From: Candidatus Krumholzibacteriia bacterium
GTDB lineage: Bacteria; Krumholzibacteriota; Krumholzibacteriia; JAJRXK01
DNA length: 64,000 nucleotides
Assembly (NCBI GenBank): GCA_041484665.1
Contig: JBGPIA010000001.1
Coordinates: forward strand, 160,001 to 224,000
Direction: 5' to 3'
A model generated the notes under the pieces. That model ran no database searches, was not told the origin of the DNA, and saw only the letters and a list, made by a program, of their open reading frames with translations. The position numbers and the translations under genes are program-made. Of the stretch, positions 1 to 11,400 are shown piece after piece. Each line of letters starts with the position of its first letter. Position 1 is the stretch's first letter.

Positions 1-2
1 TC

Positions 3-641
3 TCCCGATGGGTGGCACAACACCGCGACGTGCCCTACAACGACTTCTACAATCGCGAGCTGGATCTGGAGTATCGTAACCGTCTTGGGATGTACGAGTT
101 CCTTCTTCGTGAGGTCTTGAGGGGGGAGCCGTTCGACTACCTCGAATTCGGGGTTGCCTCCGGAACTTCGCTGCGCTGGTGGATCGAGCACGAGAAGGGC
201 GCCGCATCGCGGTTCTACGGGTTCGACGTTTTCACGGGCCTTCCCGAGGACTTCGGCATCCTGAAGAGAGGGACGTTTGCCGTGGAAGGCGGGCTTCTCC
301 CCATCGAGGACGACCGGTGCACTCTCGTCCTCGGACTCTTCCAGACTACATTGGATCGATTCCTAACCGTGGTCGGTCTGGATCGACGCACCGTCGTGCA
401 TCTCGATGCCGACCTGTACAGCTCCACGCTATATGTGTTGACTACACTGGCAACTCGACTCAAGGCGGGGGATGTGCTGATCTTCGACGAGTTCGGTGTC
501 CCGCTCCACGAGTTCCGTGCGTTCGAGGACTTTCGGGCCGCGTTCGGGATCAAGTACGAGGTGCTGGCCGCAGTGAACAACTACTTCCATGTCGCGGTCC
601 AGCTCGTGAGCATCCGGCAAGTGACAGGGGACGGAGGCTAG
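3..641 (+). CDS. TylF/MycF-like class I SAM-dependent O-methyltransferase (probably 5'-truncated by window edge)
   Basis: Motifs YLEFGVASG, FYGFDVFTGLPE, VHLDADLYSST, LIFDEF; frame stays open to the window start; ~60% GC in first line, below flanks. Confidence 0.8.
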   Translation, partial: SRWVAQHRDVPYNDFYNRELDLEYRNRLGMYEFLLREVLRGEPFDYLEFGVASGTSLRWWIEHEKGAASRFYGFDVFTGLPEDFGILKRGTFAVEGGLLPIEDDRCTLVLGLFQTTLDRFLTVVGLDRRTVVHLDADLYSSTLYVLTTLATRLKAGDVLIFDEFGVPLHEFRAFEDFRAAFGIKYEVLAAVNNYFHVAVQLVSIRQVTGDGG

Positions 642-666
642 CCTGGATTTCCACGGACCACAATTC
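642..666. repeat. Left terminal inverted repeat of IS (CCTGGATTTCCACGGACCACAATTC)
   Basis: Reverse complement matches 2734-2758 at 23/25 positions. Confidence 0.85.
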
Positions 667-668
667 TC

Positions 669-2355
669 CTAACAGTGCGCCGGGGGCGGTCGGTCAGCGC
701 TCATGCGCATGGGCCGGTCGTTCCACCACGGGACCCTCACCGTCCGGTCGAGCAGACCGCAGGCCAGCAGGATCGGCAAGTGTGCGCGCCGCTCGAAGCG
801 CACGTGCACCTCGTTGGGGGTCACCACCACGCGGGCCGGCATGTCGACGAGGTCGCGGAAGATCTGGCGGGCCTGCGCCGCGCTGTAGCCGCGCATGCGC
901 CGCGCCAACAGACCATATAGGCCGCTGGCTACCACCAGCAAGGCCATGTCGAAGTCCACCTTGAGTCCGACCGACGACGACAGGGCGTCCGTGTGGAAGA
1001 AGCGCACGGCGTCGGACAGCGCGGTCTCGATCAGCATGCGTTGCGCGTAGCGCATGATCAACTTTGCGTGGCTGGTGTGCGCCTCGTTGGTCACCAGGAT
1101 GGTCGGCTCGTCATGCCCCTAGTCCAGGATGTAGAGCTGCCGGGAGCTGTGGCCCGCCAGGCGGACCTTCTGCTCAAACACCCGGAGGGTGCGGTACTTG
1201 CGCGCTGGCACATCCAGCTCCACGGTGCGCCAGGCCGAGCATGGCAACGCCTCGGCCTCCGCCAGCAGCTTGGGCGACCGTCGCCGCAGGGTGATGAAGG
1301 AGGTCCCCAGCTCGTCGAATTGGCCCAGGTTGGCATAGGTGGTCAACCGTGAGTCGAACACCAGGTGCCGGGGGCGCTCGCCGTGGTGGCGGTGCCAGAA
1401 GGCGATGAAGCGCAGCACCTCGTCGGGCTCCTCGCCCTTGCGCAGATCGGCGTTGGAGTAGCAGAAGCAGTGTCCGTGAGCATCCTGCGCCAAAAAGACC
1501 AGGATGCCGGGCTGGCGGCGGCTGCGTGCTGAGACGTAATGCCGCTCGATCACCGGGTGCTCGCCGTAATAGGGCACGGAGTGGAAGTCGAGGTTGAAGG
1601 AGCGGCTAGCAAACAGCTCGTCGCCGGCCACCTGGGCATGCCAGGCGGCCAACAAACCCGTCGTCTTGCTCGGTTCCAGCCGCGACGAATACTCGGACAA
1701 GTAGCTGTTCTTGGGGGTGGCGTTGAGTCCGGAGAACAGCGCCAACCCTTCGTCGGCCACCAGGGCCATGACCTGGCTCTTGCGCTCAATCGACCAGAGT
1801 TTGAGTGCGAGGCAGCTGCGCAACGCGTGACCGGCGGGGATCATCGTGGAGCCCGGCAGGCGTGCCCGCTGGGCGAGCTCGTCTATGCGCAGGCGGACCA
1901 GGTCGGGCACGAAGAGCAACAGCCCTCCGCAGCGGGTCAAGAAATCGCGCGCGGTCAGCGCGAAGGCGCGCACATCCGCCACGGGCTCGATGGTGGGGCG
2001 CACGCGCTGCGGGCGCTCCTCGTCGAGGCGGCGTGGCAGGGGCGCAAAACTTTCCGGCTTGAGCACCTCCCGGATCGCCGTGGGGCTGAGCGCTTTGCCC
2101 TCTTCCTTGAGCGCCTCGCTGATCTCGTAGACGGAGTAGTTCTGCTTGCACCACAGCACGATGCGCTCGCGGGCCGACGCCTTGCGGGGCTGCTGGCGCG
2201 GGCCCGGTTTGGGGGGAGAGGAAGAAGGTGGGGTCGGGGTCGCGGCGGAACTGGTGGCAGAGGACGCGGAAGGAGCCGGCGCAGTACCCGAAGGCGCGGG
2301 CCACCGCGTGGGAGGGGCGCCCCTCGACGAAGTAGGCGCGCAACGCCTCGTACAT
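669..2355 (-). pseudogene. DDE transposase pseudogene (one frameshift, one in-frame TAG)
   Basis: N-terminal HTH-like MYEALRAYFVEG frame shifts at G6 run 2211-2216 into ORF 1119..2159 (LDFH, VFDS); TAG at 1119-1121; same frame continues as 669..1094 (RMLIE). Confidence 0.8.
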
Positions 2356-2733
2356 CCGCTGCTTGCGGTGACGGGGCTGCAGGAAGCAGCGGCGGCATCC
2401 CGTTAGAGACTTTGGTGCGCCGATAGGCGCAGGCTCGCGGGGCTACACACAACCCCTGGTGTCAAGTGGAACTCGCGCCCCCCAACGCCTGGAGGTGCGG
2501 GATCGCCCACTGAGCAAGGGCGCAGAGGGAGCTGGCAGCGCGACGTGGGCGGGAACGGCGCGGGACGGGCAGGAGCGGCTGAAAGCGCAAGGGGCCCCAG
2601 ATTGGCGCACCGATCCCCTAACGCGTCGAGCGGTGGAGTGCCTTCGAGCCGTGGACTAGGGTGCTACACTCCGTGCCGCTGCCCGCGCGAGGGGTCTGCC
2701 CCCGCGCGATGCACCGCGATGGCTGTGTTGACC

Positions 2734-2758
2734 GAATTGAGCTCCGTGGAAATCCAGG
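2734..2758. repeat. Right terminal inverted repeat of IS (GAATTGAGCTCCGTGGAAATCCAGG)
   Basis: Inverted match to 642-666. Confidence 0.85.
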
Positions 2759-2970
2759 CGAGTGGTCATGATCCAGACGGCCGGAGTCAGCGCCCTCGCG
2801 CCGGCGACGGGGAATTTCGGCGTCGCGCCCATCCGGGGAGCGTGCAGGGCAGACCGTGACGGCACATCGCCTCTATCCTATTGTATCAGGTGCTGGCCCA
2901 CTCGGATGCGGACGGATGCCCGCTCGGTCCACCGCGACTTCCCTCCCCCCTGCGATCGAGGAGCCGCTCC

Positions 2971-4977
2971 GTGCCGACCCATGCCTCCGCCTGCCCGTTG
3001 GACTGCCCCGATGCCTGCAGCCTCGACGTCACCGTGGAGGACGGGCGCGTGCGCAAGATCGCGGGCAACACGCGCAACCCGATCACCGACGGGTACATCT
3101 GCGCCAAGGTGAGCCACTTCGAACAGCACATGTACTGCCCCGAGCGGCTGCTCTCGCCGGCCGTCCGTGCGGGGCGCAAAGGTGAGGGGCGCTTCGCGCC
3201 GGTCTCGTGGGACGAGGCGCTCGAGCGCGTCTCCCAGAAGCTGCTGGAGGTGCGCGAGCGCAGCGGCGGTGAGGCGATCCTGCCCTTCTACTATGGCGGC
3301 TCCAACGGCATGTTCACGCAGGAGGGCGCCGATGTGCGGCTGTTCCGGAGGTTGGGCGCCTCGCGCTTGCTGCGCACCGTGTGCGCCGCCCCCACCGGCC
3401 GCGCCGCCATGGGCCTCTACGGGAAGATGGCCGGCGTCGCCTTCCCAGACTACGTGCACGCGCGCCTGATCGTCGTCTGGGGAGCGAATCCGTCGGCGTC
3501 GGGCATCCACCTCGTGCCGTACATCCAGGAGGCGCAGCGGCGCGGCGCGAAGCTGGTGGTGGTGGATCCGCGCCGCACCCAGCTCGCGCGGCGCGCCGAC
3601 CTGCACCTGGCGCTGCGGCCGGGTACGGACCTGCCGCTGGCGCTGGCGACGTTGCGCTGGCTCTTCGAGAACGGCCGCGCCGACGACGATTTCCTGGCCG
3701 ACCACGCCACCGGCGCCCAGGAGCTGCGCCGGCGAGCGGCGGAGTGGACTCCGCGGCGCGCCGCCGCGGAGTCGGGCGTACCGGCCGACCAGATCGAGTG
3801 CTTGGCCCGGCTCTACGCCGACACGACCCCCGCGCTGATCCGCTGCGGCTGGGGGCAGGAACGCAGCCGCAACGGCGGGGCGGCCACAGCGGCGGTGCTG
3901 GCGCTGCCGGCCGTGGCCGGGAAGTTCGGAGTACGCGGTGGCGGCTACACGCTGAGTCAATCGGCGGTGTGGGGGCTCAACGCCGAGGCTGCGATCGCCG
4001 AGCCGGCGCCTGCGACACGCGCGGTCAACATGAACCACCTGGGCGAGGCGCTGCAGGGCCGCGACGGCGGCCGTGTCGACTTGCTTTTCGTCTACAACTG
4101 CAATCCCCTCCAGACCATGCCCGCACAGGAGAAAGTGCGCGCCGGGCTTTGCCGCGACGACCTGTTCACCGTCGTGTTCGACGCCGTGCTGACCGACACG
4201 GCGCGCTATGCCGACGTCGTGCTACCCGCGACGACCTTTCTCGAGCATGCGGAGATGTCGCGCGGCTACGGCTCGCTGATTCTCTTTCGCACCGAGCCCG
4301 TCGCGGCGCCGGTCGGCCAGGCGCGCTCCAACTACGATGTCTTCGCCGAGCTCTGCCGGCGCACGGGGGTGGCGCGTCCCGGCGACCCCCAGACACCCGA
4401 CGAGCTGGCCAGCGCGTGGTTCACCGAACGGGACGGCGATGGCCGCATCCGCCGCGAGCTACAGGCCGGGGCCGCGGCCGCGCCGGAGTGTGGTACGGCG
4501 CCCGTGCAGTTCGTCGACGTCTTCCCCAATACGCCCAATCGCAAGGTCCACCTCTGCCCTGAAGAGCTCGACGCCGAGGCGCCCGGCGGCCTGTACCACT
4601 ACCTGCCCGACCCGGCCACGACGGCAGCGCCGCTGGCGCTGATCTCCCCGGCCAGCGGCAAGACCATCAGCTCGACGTTCGGGCAGCTGATCCGCCGGCA
4701 GGTGCCCATCGAAATCCACCCGGACGATGCCGCCGCCCGCGGAATCCGCGACGGGGATGCAGTCCGCGTGTACAACTCCCTTGGCGAGGTGCGCTGCCGG
4801 GCGCGCGTGACCGACGAGGTACGGCCCGGCGTGGCCAGCCTGCCCAAGGGTCTCTGGAGCCAGCACACGCTCAACGGGGCCACGGCCAACGCGCTGGTAC
4901 CCGACACCCTTTCCGACCTGGGCGGCGGCGCTTGCTTCAACGACGCCCGGGTGCAGGTGGCGGCCGTCGAGTCCTGA
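2971..4977 (+). CDS. Molybdopterin (bis-MGD) oxidoreductase, DMSO-reductase superfamily, N-terminal 4Fe-4S site
   Basis: CPLDCPDAC...GYICAK, LTDTARYADVVLPATTFLE, EIHPDDAAARGIRDGD; GTG start after GAGGAG; no Tat signal. Confidence 0.9.
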   Translation: MPTHASACPLDCPDACSLDVTVEDGRVRKIAGNTRNPITDGYICAKVSHFEQHMYCPERLLSPAVRAGRKGEGRFAPVSWDEALERVSQKLLEVRERSGGEAILPFYYGGSNGMFTQEGADVRLFRRLGASRLLRTVCAAPTGRAAMGLYGKMAGVAFPDYVHARLIVVWGANPSASGIHLVPYIQEAQRRGAKLVVVDPRRTQLARRADLHLALRPGTDLPLALATLRWLFENGRADDDFLADHATGAQELRRRAAEWTPRRAAAESGVPADQIECLARLYADTTPALIRCGWGQERSRNGGAATAAVLALPAVAGKFGVRGGGYTLSQSAVWGLNAEAAIAEPAPATRAVNMNHLGEALQGRDGGRVDLLFVYNCNPLQTMPAQEKVRAGLCRDDLFTVVFDAVLTDTARYADVVLPATTFLEHAEMSRGYGSLILFRTEPVAAPVGQARSNYDVFAELCRRTGVARPGDPQTPDELASAWFTERDGDGRIRRELQAGAAAAPECGTAPVQFVDVFPNTPNRKVHLCPEELDAEAPGGLYHYLPDPATTAAPLALISPASGKTISSTFGQLIRRQVPIEIHPDDAAARGIRDGDAVRVYNSLGEVRCRARVTDEVRPGVASLPKGLWSQHTLNGATANALVPDTLSDLGGGACFNDARVQVAAVES

Positions 4978-5289
4978 CCGGCATCGATGGATGTGGGCGG
5001 CAACCATCGATGTCGAAGCGGCACCTACTTCCGGGTGGACCCGGGCACCGCGCAGGTGGGAACCGGTCGGGGCCTTCGCGGGTATCCTGTCTGCTCTGCG
5101 CGGCTGCGCCGTCCACGAGGGCGCGCCGCCCGTACCGGTGACTTGCACGGGTTTCCGCCCGGGTCTACTCTCGCGCCACCTTCGGCCCAGGGATGGCCAG
5201 GCCCCCTGCCCGCGGGAGTTCAACCCCCGATCTGCAGCGCAATGACGTCTCGCCACCCCAACGACGTTTCCCGTCCCCTAGGAGGTCCT

Positions 5290-6054
5290 ATGCCGAGATC
5301 CCTGCCAGCACGACCTGTGCTGCTCGCCCTGCTGCTGTTGGCCGTTGCGGCCCCTGCGCTACTGGGAGCAGCCGAGCCAGCCAAGCCGGCGTCGACGCCC
5401 GCCTGGCACATGAACGCCACGATCATCGAGGCGTGTTCGTGCCCGATGTTCTGCCAGTGCTATTTCAACAGCGAGCCCTCCGCCCACGCCGGACACGAGG
5501 GGCACGAAGGGCATGCCGCCGAGCACTTCTGCCGCTTCAACAACGCCCTGCGCGTGAACAGCGGCTCCTATGGCTCCGTAAAGCTCGACGGCGCCAAGTT
5601 TTGGGTCTCCGGCGACCTCGGTGGCGACTTCAGCCAGGGGCAGATGGACTGGGGGATCGTGACGTTCGACAAGGCGCTGACCAAGGAGCAGCGCGACGCC
5701 ATCGGCGTGATCCTGGGGTATCTCTACCCGGTCAAGTGGAACTCGCTCACGACCGGCGAGGGCGACATCAGCTGGACGCCGGGCAGGGACGAGGCCCACG
5801 CGCTGCTGGACGGCGGCAAGACCGCCGAGGTGGCGCTGAAGGCCTTCCCCGGCATGCGCAAGGACGAGCCGGTCGTGATGAAGAACCTGCCGTACTGGGG
5901 CGCACCCCGCAACGACGGTTTCGTCATGATGCCCAACACCGTGGAGGCCTGGCGCACCGGCACCAAGCCGTTCGAGTTCAAGGGCACCAACGGCTTCATG
6001 ATCACCCTCGACATCGACTCCCAGTCGGTGGCGCCCAAGAGCAGCGGCTCCTGA
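5290..6054 (+). CDS. Exported DUF1326-like Cys/His metal-binding protein
   Basis: GGAGG RBS, signal peptide, IIEACSCPMFCQC motif, His-rich loop HAGHEGHEGH. Confidence 0.7.
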   Translation: MPRSLPARPVLLALLLLAVAAPALLGAAEPAKPASTPAWHMNATIIEACSCPMFCQCYFNSEPSAHAGHEGHEGHAAEHFCRFNNALRVNSGSYGSVKLDGAKFWVSGDLGGDFSQGQMDWGIVTFDKALTKEQRDAIGVILGYLYPVKWNSLTTGEGDISWTPGRDEAHALLDGGKTAEVALKAFPGMRKDEPVVMKNLPYWGAPRNDGFVMMPNTVEAWRTGTKPFEFKGTNGFMITLDIDSQSVAPKSSGS

Positions 6055-6085
6055 CGGGGGCGTCGGCGTGGGCAGACGCAGCCCG

Positions 6086-6811
6086 CTAGCCTCGCCCATA
6101 GACCGGGAGCGCGGCGCCGTGCACGGCGCCCGCTCCCGGGGACGCCAGGAACAGGATCACCTCCACGATCGCTTCGGGCGTCACCCACGCGCGCGGATCG
6201 GCTTTGGGCATCGCCGCGCGGTTCTGTGGCGTGTCGATCAGGGCGGGCAGCACGCAATTCACGTTGATGCCCTTGCCCCCGAGCTCGGCGGCGAGGCTTT
6301 CGGTGATCCGCAGCACCGCTGACTTCGACGAGCTGTAGGCCGCGTGTCCGGCGAAACCGGCCAACGCCGCCCGTGCCGCGACGCTCACGATCCTCCCCGA
6401 CCCTGCGCGCAGCATCACCGGCACCACCGCGCGGCAGGCGTGCAGCACCGAGCGCGCGTTGAGATCCATGAGGAAGTCCCAGTCGTCCAGCGGGGCCTCG
6501 TGCAGTGGAACCCCGCCCCGGTATCCACCGGCCGCATTGACCAGCACGTCGATGCGGCCGAAGCGCCCCACGGCCTGCCCAGCGGCGCGCTCCACGTCCG
6601 CGAATCGGGTGAGGTCGACTCCGTCCACGAGCAGCGCCCTCGGGGAAAGGGCGAGCTCCGGGAACTGCTGCGCCAGCCGCCCTGAGCCGCGGTCCAGCAG
6701 CACCGGACGCGCGCCGCGGCCGAAGAAGCCCCGGGCCGCGGCGGCGCCGAGATTACCGGCAGCGCCTGTGATGAGCACGACCGAATCGGCGAGATCGCTG
6801 GATCCGCTCAA
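6086..6811 (-). CDS. Short-chain dehydrogenase/reductase (SDR)
   Basis: TGAAGNLG, DVLVNAAG, YSSSK (YxxxK), VNCVLP; TTG start after GGAGG. Confidence 0.9.
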   Translation of the reverse strand: MSGSSDLADSVVLITGAAGNLGAAAARGFFGRGARPVLLDRGSGRLAQQFPELALSPRALLVDGVDLTRFADVERAAGQAVGRFGRIDVLVNAAGGYRGGVPLHEAPLDDWDFLMDLNARSVLHACRAVVPVMLRAGSGRIVSVAARAALAGFAGHAAYSSSKSAVLRITESLAAELGGKGINVNCVLPALIDTPQNRAAMPKADPRAWVTPEAIVEVILFLASPGAGAVHGAALPVYGRG

Positions 6812-7399
6812 GGTAGACCTCCGTGGAAGCAACGCGTGGGCGCCATCGGTGGGCGCCATCCCTCGTAGCAATCGCTGGCGGGGCCATCGGGTTCCCGCAG
6901 GGCGCGGCAGTCAGACGCGCGGCGGGCGGCGGGATCGACACCGCGGCGGCTTCGGGCCGGGGCCAATCCTACTACGGTGCACAGCCCCGGTTCCATTGAC
7001 CGCGGGCTATGCCGGGCCGCATGCTGGTTGAGCCATGCGGACCACGCCCTACGGTCGAGCCCGTCGGTAGGCCGGCCCGGCTGCCGTCGTGACCTGAGAT
7101 GGCCTTGCACTCGCGCCGGGTGGCCGCGACGACGCGCAGTGGGGCGCTCTAGATGACCAGACGGTGCGCCTGCCGGACGGCGCCGGGTCCGGACGCTGGG
7201 GGCGTAGGCGGCGGGAGCGCTCCGGGGTTCGGCGGGGGTGCCGGCAGAGGCCGCGGCACGGGCACGGGGTCGCATACGACCCCTTGCGCGGCGCGCTGGC
7301 AGGTCGTCCCCGACTCGATCCTCGCCGAGCCGTGAGCGGTTGCGCGTCGTGAGCGAACATGGGCCTCGAAGGACAACGAGCCGCCGGCGGGACAGGGTC

Positions 7400-8317
7400 A
7401 TGAGCGACACCGCACTGCTCGTCGACGGCACGGGCTGCCTGTTCCGCAGCTTCTACGCGGTGGGCCCGGTGGCCGCGCCCGACGGCACGCCGGTGAATGC
7501 CGTGCTCGGGCTGGGGATGACGCTCCACCGGCTGCTGCGCGACGTCGGACCGGCCTACGCGGTGGTGGCCTTCGATGCGGGTCCCACCACCTTCCGCAAC
7601 GAGCTCTATCCCCAGTACAAGGCCAACCGTGGCGAGCCACCCGACGAGCTGGTGCCGCAGTTCGATCTGAGCGTGGCGCTCACGCGAGCGCTGGGGCTGG
7701 CGACGGCGCGGATGGCGGGCTACGAGGCGGACGATCTGCTGGCCACGCTCACGCGTCGGCTGCTGCGCGCGGGCAAGGAGGTGATCGTGGCCAGCGCGGA
7801 CAAGGACCTGGCGCAGCTGGTGCGCCCCGGGGTCACGCTGCTGGATCCCGCCAGCGGTGAGCGCTGGGGCGTCGCGGAGATCCCGCGCCGTCTGGGCGTA
7901 CGCGCCGAACAGGTGCGCGACCTGCTGGCGATCATGGGCGACGCGAGCGACAACATCCCGGGCGTGCGCGGTATCGGCAAGGTCGGCGCCTTGGCGCTTC
8001 TGGCGGCGTTCACCGATCTCGACGCGATCTATGCCGACCTGGACGCCGTCGAGCGCCTGCCCGTGCGCGGCGCGGCAGCCCTGCGCCGACGCCTGGCCGA
8101 GAGCCGCGGGCTGGCCTATCTCAGCCGGCAGCTGGCGACCGTGGACCACGACGCGCCGTGCTCGCTGCGGCTGTCGCAGATGCGCTTCCACGGGGCAGAA
8201 GGGGACGCGCTGGACGCGTTCGCACAGCAGTGGGGGCTGCAGGGGCTGGCGCGGCGTGCGGCGCGGCGGGGCTCGCATCCAACGGGCGACGACGCCGCGA
8301 GGGGGCGATCGGCGTAG
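7400..8317 (+). CDS. Stand-alone 5'-3' exonuclease / flap endonuclease (PolA N-terminal-like)
   Basis: LLVDG, YKANR, YEADD, SADKDLAQL, GDASDNIPGVRGIGK; no polymerase domain. Confidence 0.9.
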   Translation: MSDTALLVDGTGCLFRSFYAVGPVAAPDGTPVNAVLGLGMTLHRLLRDVGPAYAVVAFDAGPTTFRNELYPQYKANRGEPPDELVPQFDLSVALTRALGLATARMAGYEADDLLATLTRRLLRAGKEVIVASADKDLAQLVRPGVTLLDPASGERWGVAEIPRRLGVRAEQVRDLLAIMGDASDNIPGVRGIGKVGALALLAAFTDLDAIYADLDAVERLPVRGAAALRRRLAESRGLAYLSRQLATVDHDAPCSLRLSQMRFHGAEGDALDAFAQQWGLQGLARRAARRGSHPTGDDAARGRSA

Positions 8318-8409
8318 CCGCTGCGAGCGCGGCTGCCACGCGCGTCGCAGCCGGAGCGAAGTAGCCTCCCCGTCACAGCCAGAGCGAAGCAGCCTGCCTC
8401 AAGCGGCCG

Positions 8410-11400
8410 TCAGCGTAGCAGCGCCAGCTTGCGGGTGACCGTCTGGTCGAAGCCGGAGACCTCGTACAGGTAGATACCGCTCGCCAGCGCCGCGCCGCTC
8501 GCATCGGTCCCCTTCCAGACGAAGACGTGCCTGCCGGCATCGACCACCCCATCGACCAGCGTGGCCACGCGTTGGCCGCGGAGGTTGTAGACCCTCACGG
8601 TCACCCGCCCGCGCGATGGGGCGCTGAACTCGATCGACGTGATCGGATTGAACGGGTTGGGGTGGTTCTGAGCCAAGACCAGCTCGCCGCTGCCGACGGG
8701 ATCTGCCGCCACTGCGCCACCATCGTGGATCGCACCCTGCTGACGGAACTTGATCAGCAGCTCGCGGAGCAGCTCCGCCCGCGCCGAGCGGCCGTCGGCC
8801 TTGGGGAACACGTCCTGGACGAACATGAACCCGTAGGGAAACGTCACGTTGACGCGGTCGTACGCCGTGCCCGCAATCGTGTCCTGCCTCGCGCTGTGGA
8901 CGCTGGCGGATGGAGCGTATGGGCCCGGGAGAAACTGATGCGCCTTCAGGGCAGTCGCAGCGCCCGGGTTGATGTTGTCGAACAGGTTGATGGATAAGCA
9001 CCCACCGAACGCGATGAAGTGCGTGGCGAAGCCGGTCACCGTACCGGTCGGAGCGACCTCGGGAGCAGTCTGGTTCCCGATGGACGGACGGACGTTGTCG
9101 CCGACCGGCTGCACGCCCATCACGTTGCTACGGAAGGTGACGCCGCCGCCGCCCAGGCCGTTCACGATGTTGTCGCCCCAGTACGCGGCGTATCGGTTGC
9201 CCGCCTGCGCCATCCAGCCCGTCAGGGCGGCGATGTCGTTGCCCTTGTCGTTCTGGCCCGTACTGCTGCCATCGCTGATCAGCCCACTGGCGAGATTGGC
9301 GCTGTCGTAGAAGAGACAGTTGTAGCCTGCCAGCTGGCCCGGGTTGGCGCCGTGGGCGCCCGCCGAGCCCAGGCCGTTGGACACGACCGAGCTCGGCCCA
9401 TTGGTGCGGTACGTGTCGTACTCCTTGTGCAACCGCAACCCGTTCTGGCCGAATGCCTGGATCCACTCGTCGTTGCCACCGCGATCCGGCTGGTCGTTCC
9501 AGAACAGGATGCTGGGCTGCGTGCAAGGATCGGTATCCGCCGCGCCACAGGTCAAGGTCGGTAGGCCGTAGACGGTGAAGATGCGGTTGTAACCGGTGCC
9601 GCTGCTGAAGCCGCTCGTGTCGGCAGGCAGCGTGGAGGTCTCCGCCGGGTTGATCGTGGAGGCCTTGAGGAAGTAGCGGATCTGATCGCCGGGAAAGAAC
9701 AGCGCGGCCTCCGCAGACTCGTAGGCAGCCAGCGTGACCGGGCCGTCCGGCAGGTCGAAGCAGTAGCGGTTGGCAACGATCGAGCCGGAAGCCGTCCTGG
9801 ACGGCTGGCCCTTCACGTAGCCGCGATACTTGTTCCCTCCGATGGACTGGATGTCGGACGTTCCGCCGCCGGCACCGGCCCGCAGAGTCGCGATGCCGCC
9901 CGCTCGCTCGGTCGCGAAGCACGGATTGGCGTCCAGCAGGAACTCCATGCGGATGGAACTTGCATCCACCGAGGACCCCGGTTTGCCGGCCACGAAGTCG
10001 CAGATGATGGAGTCGCCGGGCACGTTCCTCGGTTGCGAGATGGCGCGGATGTCGCGGGCCATGTCCATACGGATGGCCAGCGGTGTATCGTCGGCTCCGG
10101 CACAGGAGATCGCGCCCAAGGTCGGGAAGCTATCATTGAACAGGTCGATTTCACGCGCAACAGCGCGGGGACCCGACGCCTCGTACTTGGCCACGGCGAC
10201 GTTGTCGAACGTCGGGGAGGGAGTCGCGTCGTTCGCAACAAAACTGAATATATCCGCCAGGTCGGTCACCCCCAGCGCGATCTGGACCTTCGTGGGAGAT
10301 GCCACCAGCAGGTCACGAACCTCGGGCTGGACGTTGTTGTAGAGCGCAACACCGCCACCGTAGTAGACGAAGTTACGATCCTTGAAGACCGTCCACGCAC
10401 CGGAGACCGGGTCCGGGAAGCTGCGCACGTGCCACACCCAAAAGATGCCGTTGATCAGCGGCAGGTGCTGCCACACGCTGAAGCGCAGGAAGCAGCCACC
10501 TTCGACGGAATCATCGGCCGTACCGGGCTGATCCCAGTTGATCTCCGGCGACCAGACCTCGTTGCTCAAGGGGGACTGACCGAGGGTCAGGCCGCCCGTA
10601 TAATTGACGACCCAACCGCCGGGTATGCCGTACGTATTGGTCGGCGAGGTGCTACCACCGGTGCTGCGGTGCTGGGGGTCGTTGTTGGGCGGGGTGCCGT
10701 CGTCGATGAAGGTCATCTGCGGCGAGAGATCGTCGCGACAGGGATCGATGTCCTGGAAGTAGGCGAAGATCTTGGAGAAGTCCCCGCAGAAGTCGTGCAG
10801 GACGAGCGTCCAGCCGCCAAGGCTGCCCCCCTGGAACGTGGCCTGGCTCAGGCCCACACCGTTGGTGCCCTGCAGCTGGATGTTGTCGAGCTGGACCGCA
10901 CCGTCGCCGGTGACGTTGAGGCCGTCCTCGTCGGACGCGGCGCCGTCGGAGTCGAACCGACAGCGCAGGTGGACCTGGTCGTGGCCGAAGCCGACGTAGT
11001 CGCCCGCGTGGTAGGTGATGACGCCGTGGAAGACCACGGGCGCCGCGAACACGCCGCCGACTTTGTTGGTGCCGGTATAGCGCGCGAGGTTGATCATCGA
11101 CCCCGCCGAGTCCCACTGCACGTTGAAGAAGTCGTAACCGTTCTCGCTGTCGTGGTTGAACTGCAGATCCCAGCTGATGACCGTGCTATCGGCGGGGTTG
11201 CTCACCGTGAAGCTCTGGTCGAGCAGTTCGTGCCATTGGTTCCCGTAGCCCGTGGTCGAAAAGCCCGTAGGCCCTGCCGGAAGACCAGCCCAGATTGCGT
11301 GATTCGTAACGGGCACCGTGGAGGGGCCCGACCAGTAGGCGGGCCGTGCGGCCATGTTCGCCGCATTGAACGAGTCGATGTGCCAGTGCGGCGGCACTCC

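Larger units (their letters stand above)
642..2758 (-). mobile_element. Decayed insertion sequence (~2.1 kb, DDE transposase; IS1380/IS4-like, family uncertain)
   Basis: Terminal inverted repeats 642-666 and 2734-2758 (23/25 match), flanked by CTAG (638-641) and CGAG (2759-2762); contains broken transposase. Confidence 0.8.

Noticed and set aside
1119..1121. Recoded TAG (pyrrolysine or alternative code)
   Set aside because: TAG terminates several intact genes in this window; the gene is also frameshifted
2205..2220. Programmed -1 frameshift in the transposase (CCCCCCAAAC)
   Set aside because: Rejoining the frames needs +1, and a separate nonsense codon indicates decay
4980..5289. Possible tRNA or riboswitch (GGGAGTTCAACCCCCG resembles a T-arm)
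   Set aside because: Could not build a cloverleaf or match a known riboswitch consensus
6872..7399. Small Pro-rich ORFs between SDR and exonuclease
   Set aside because: Low complexity, no RBS or motif support
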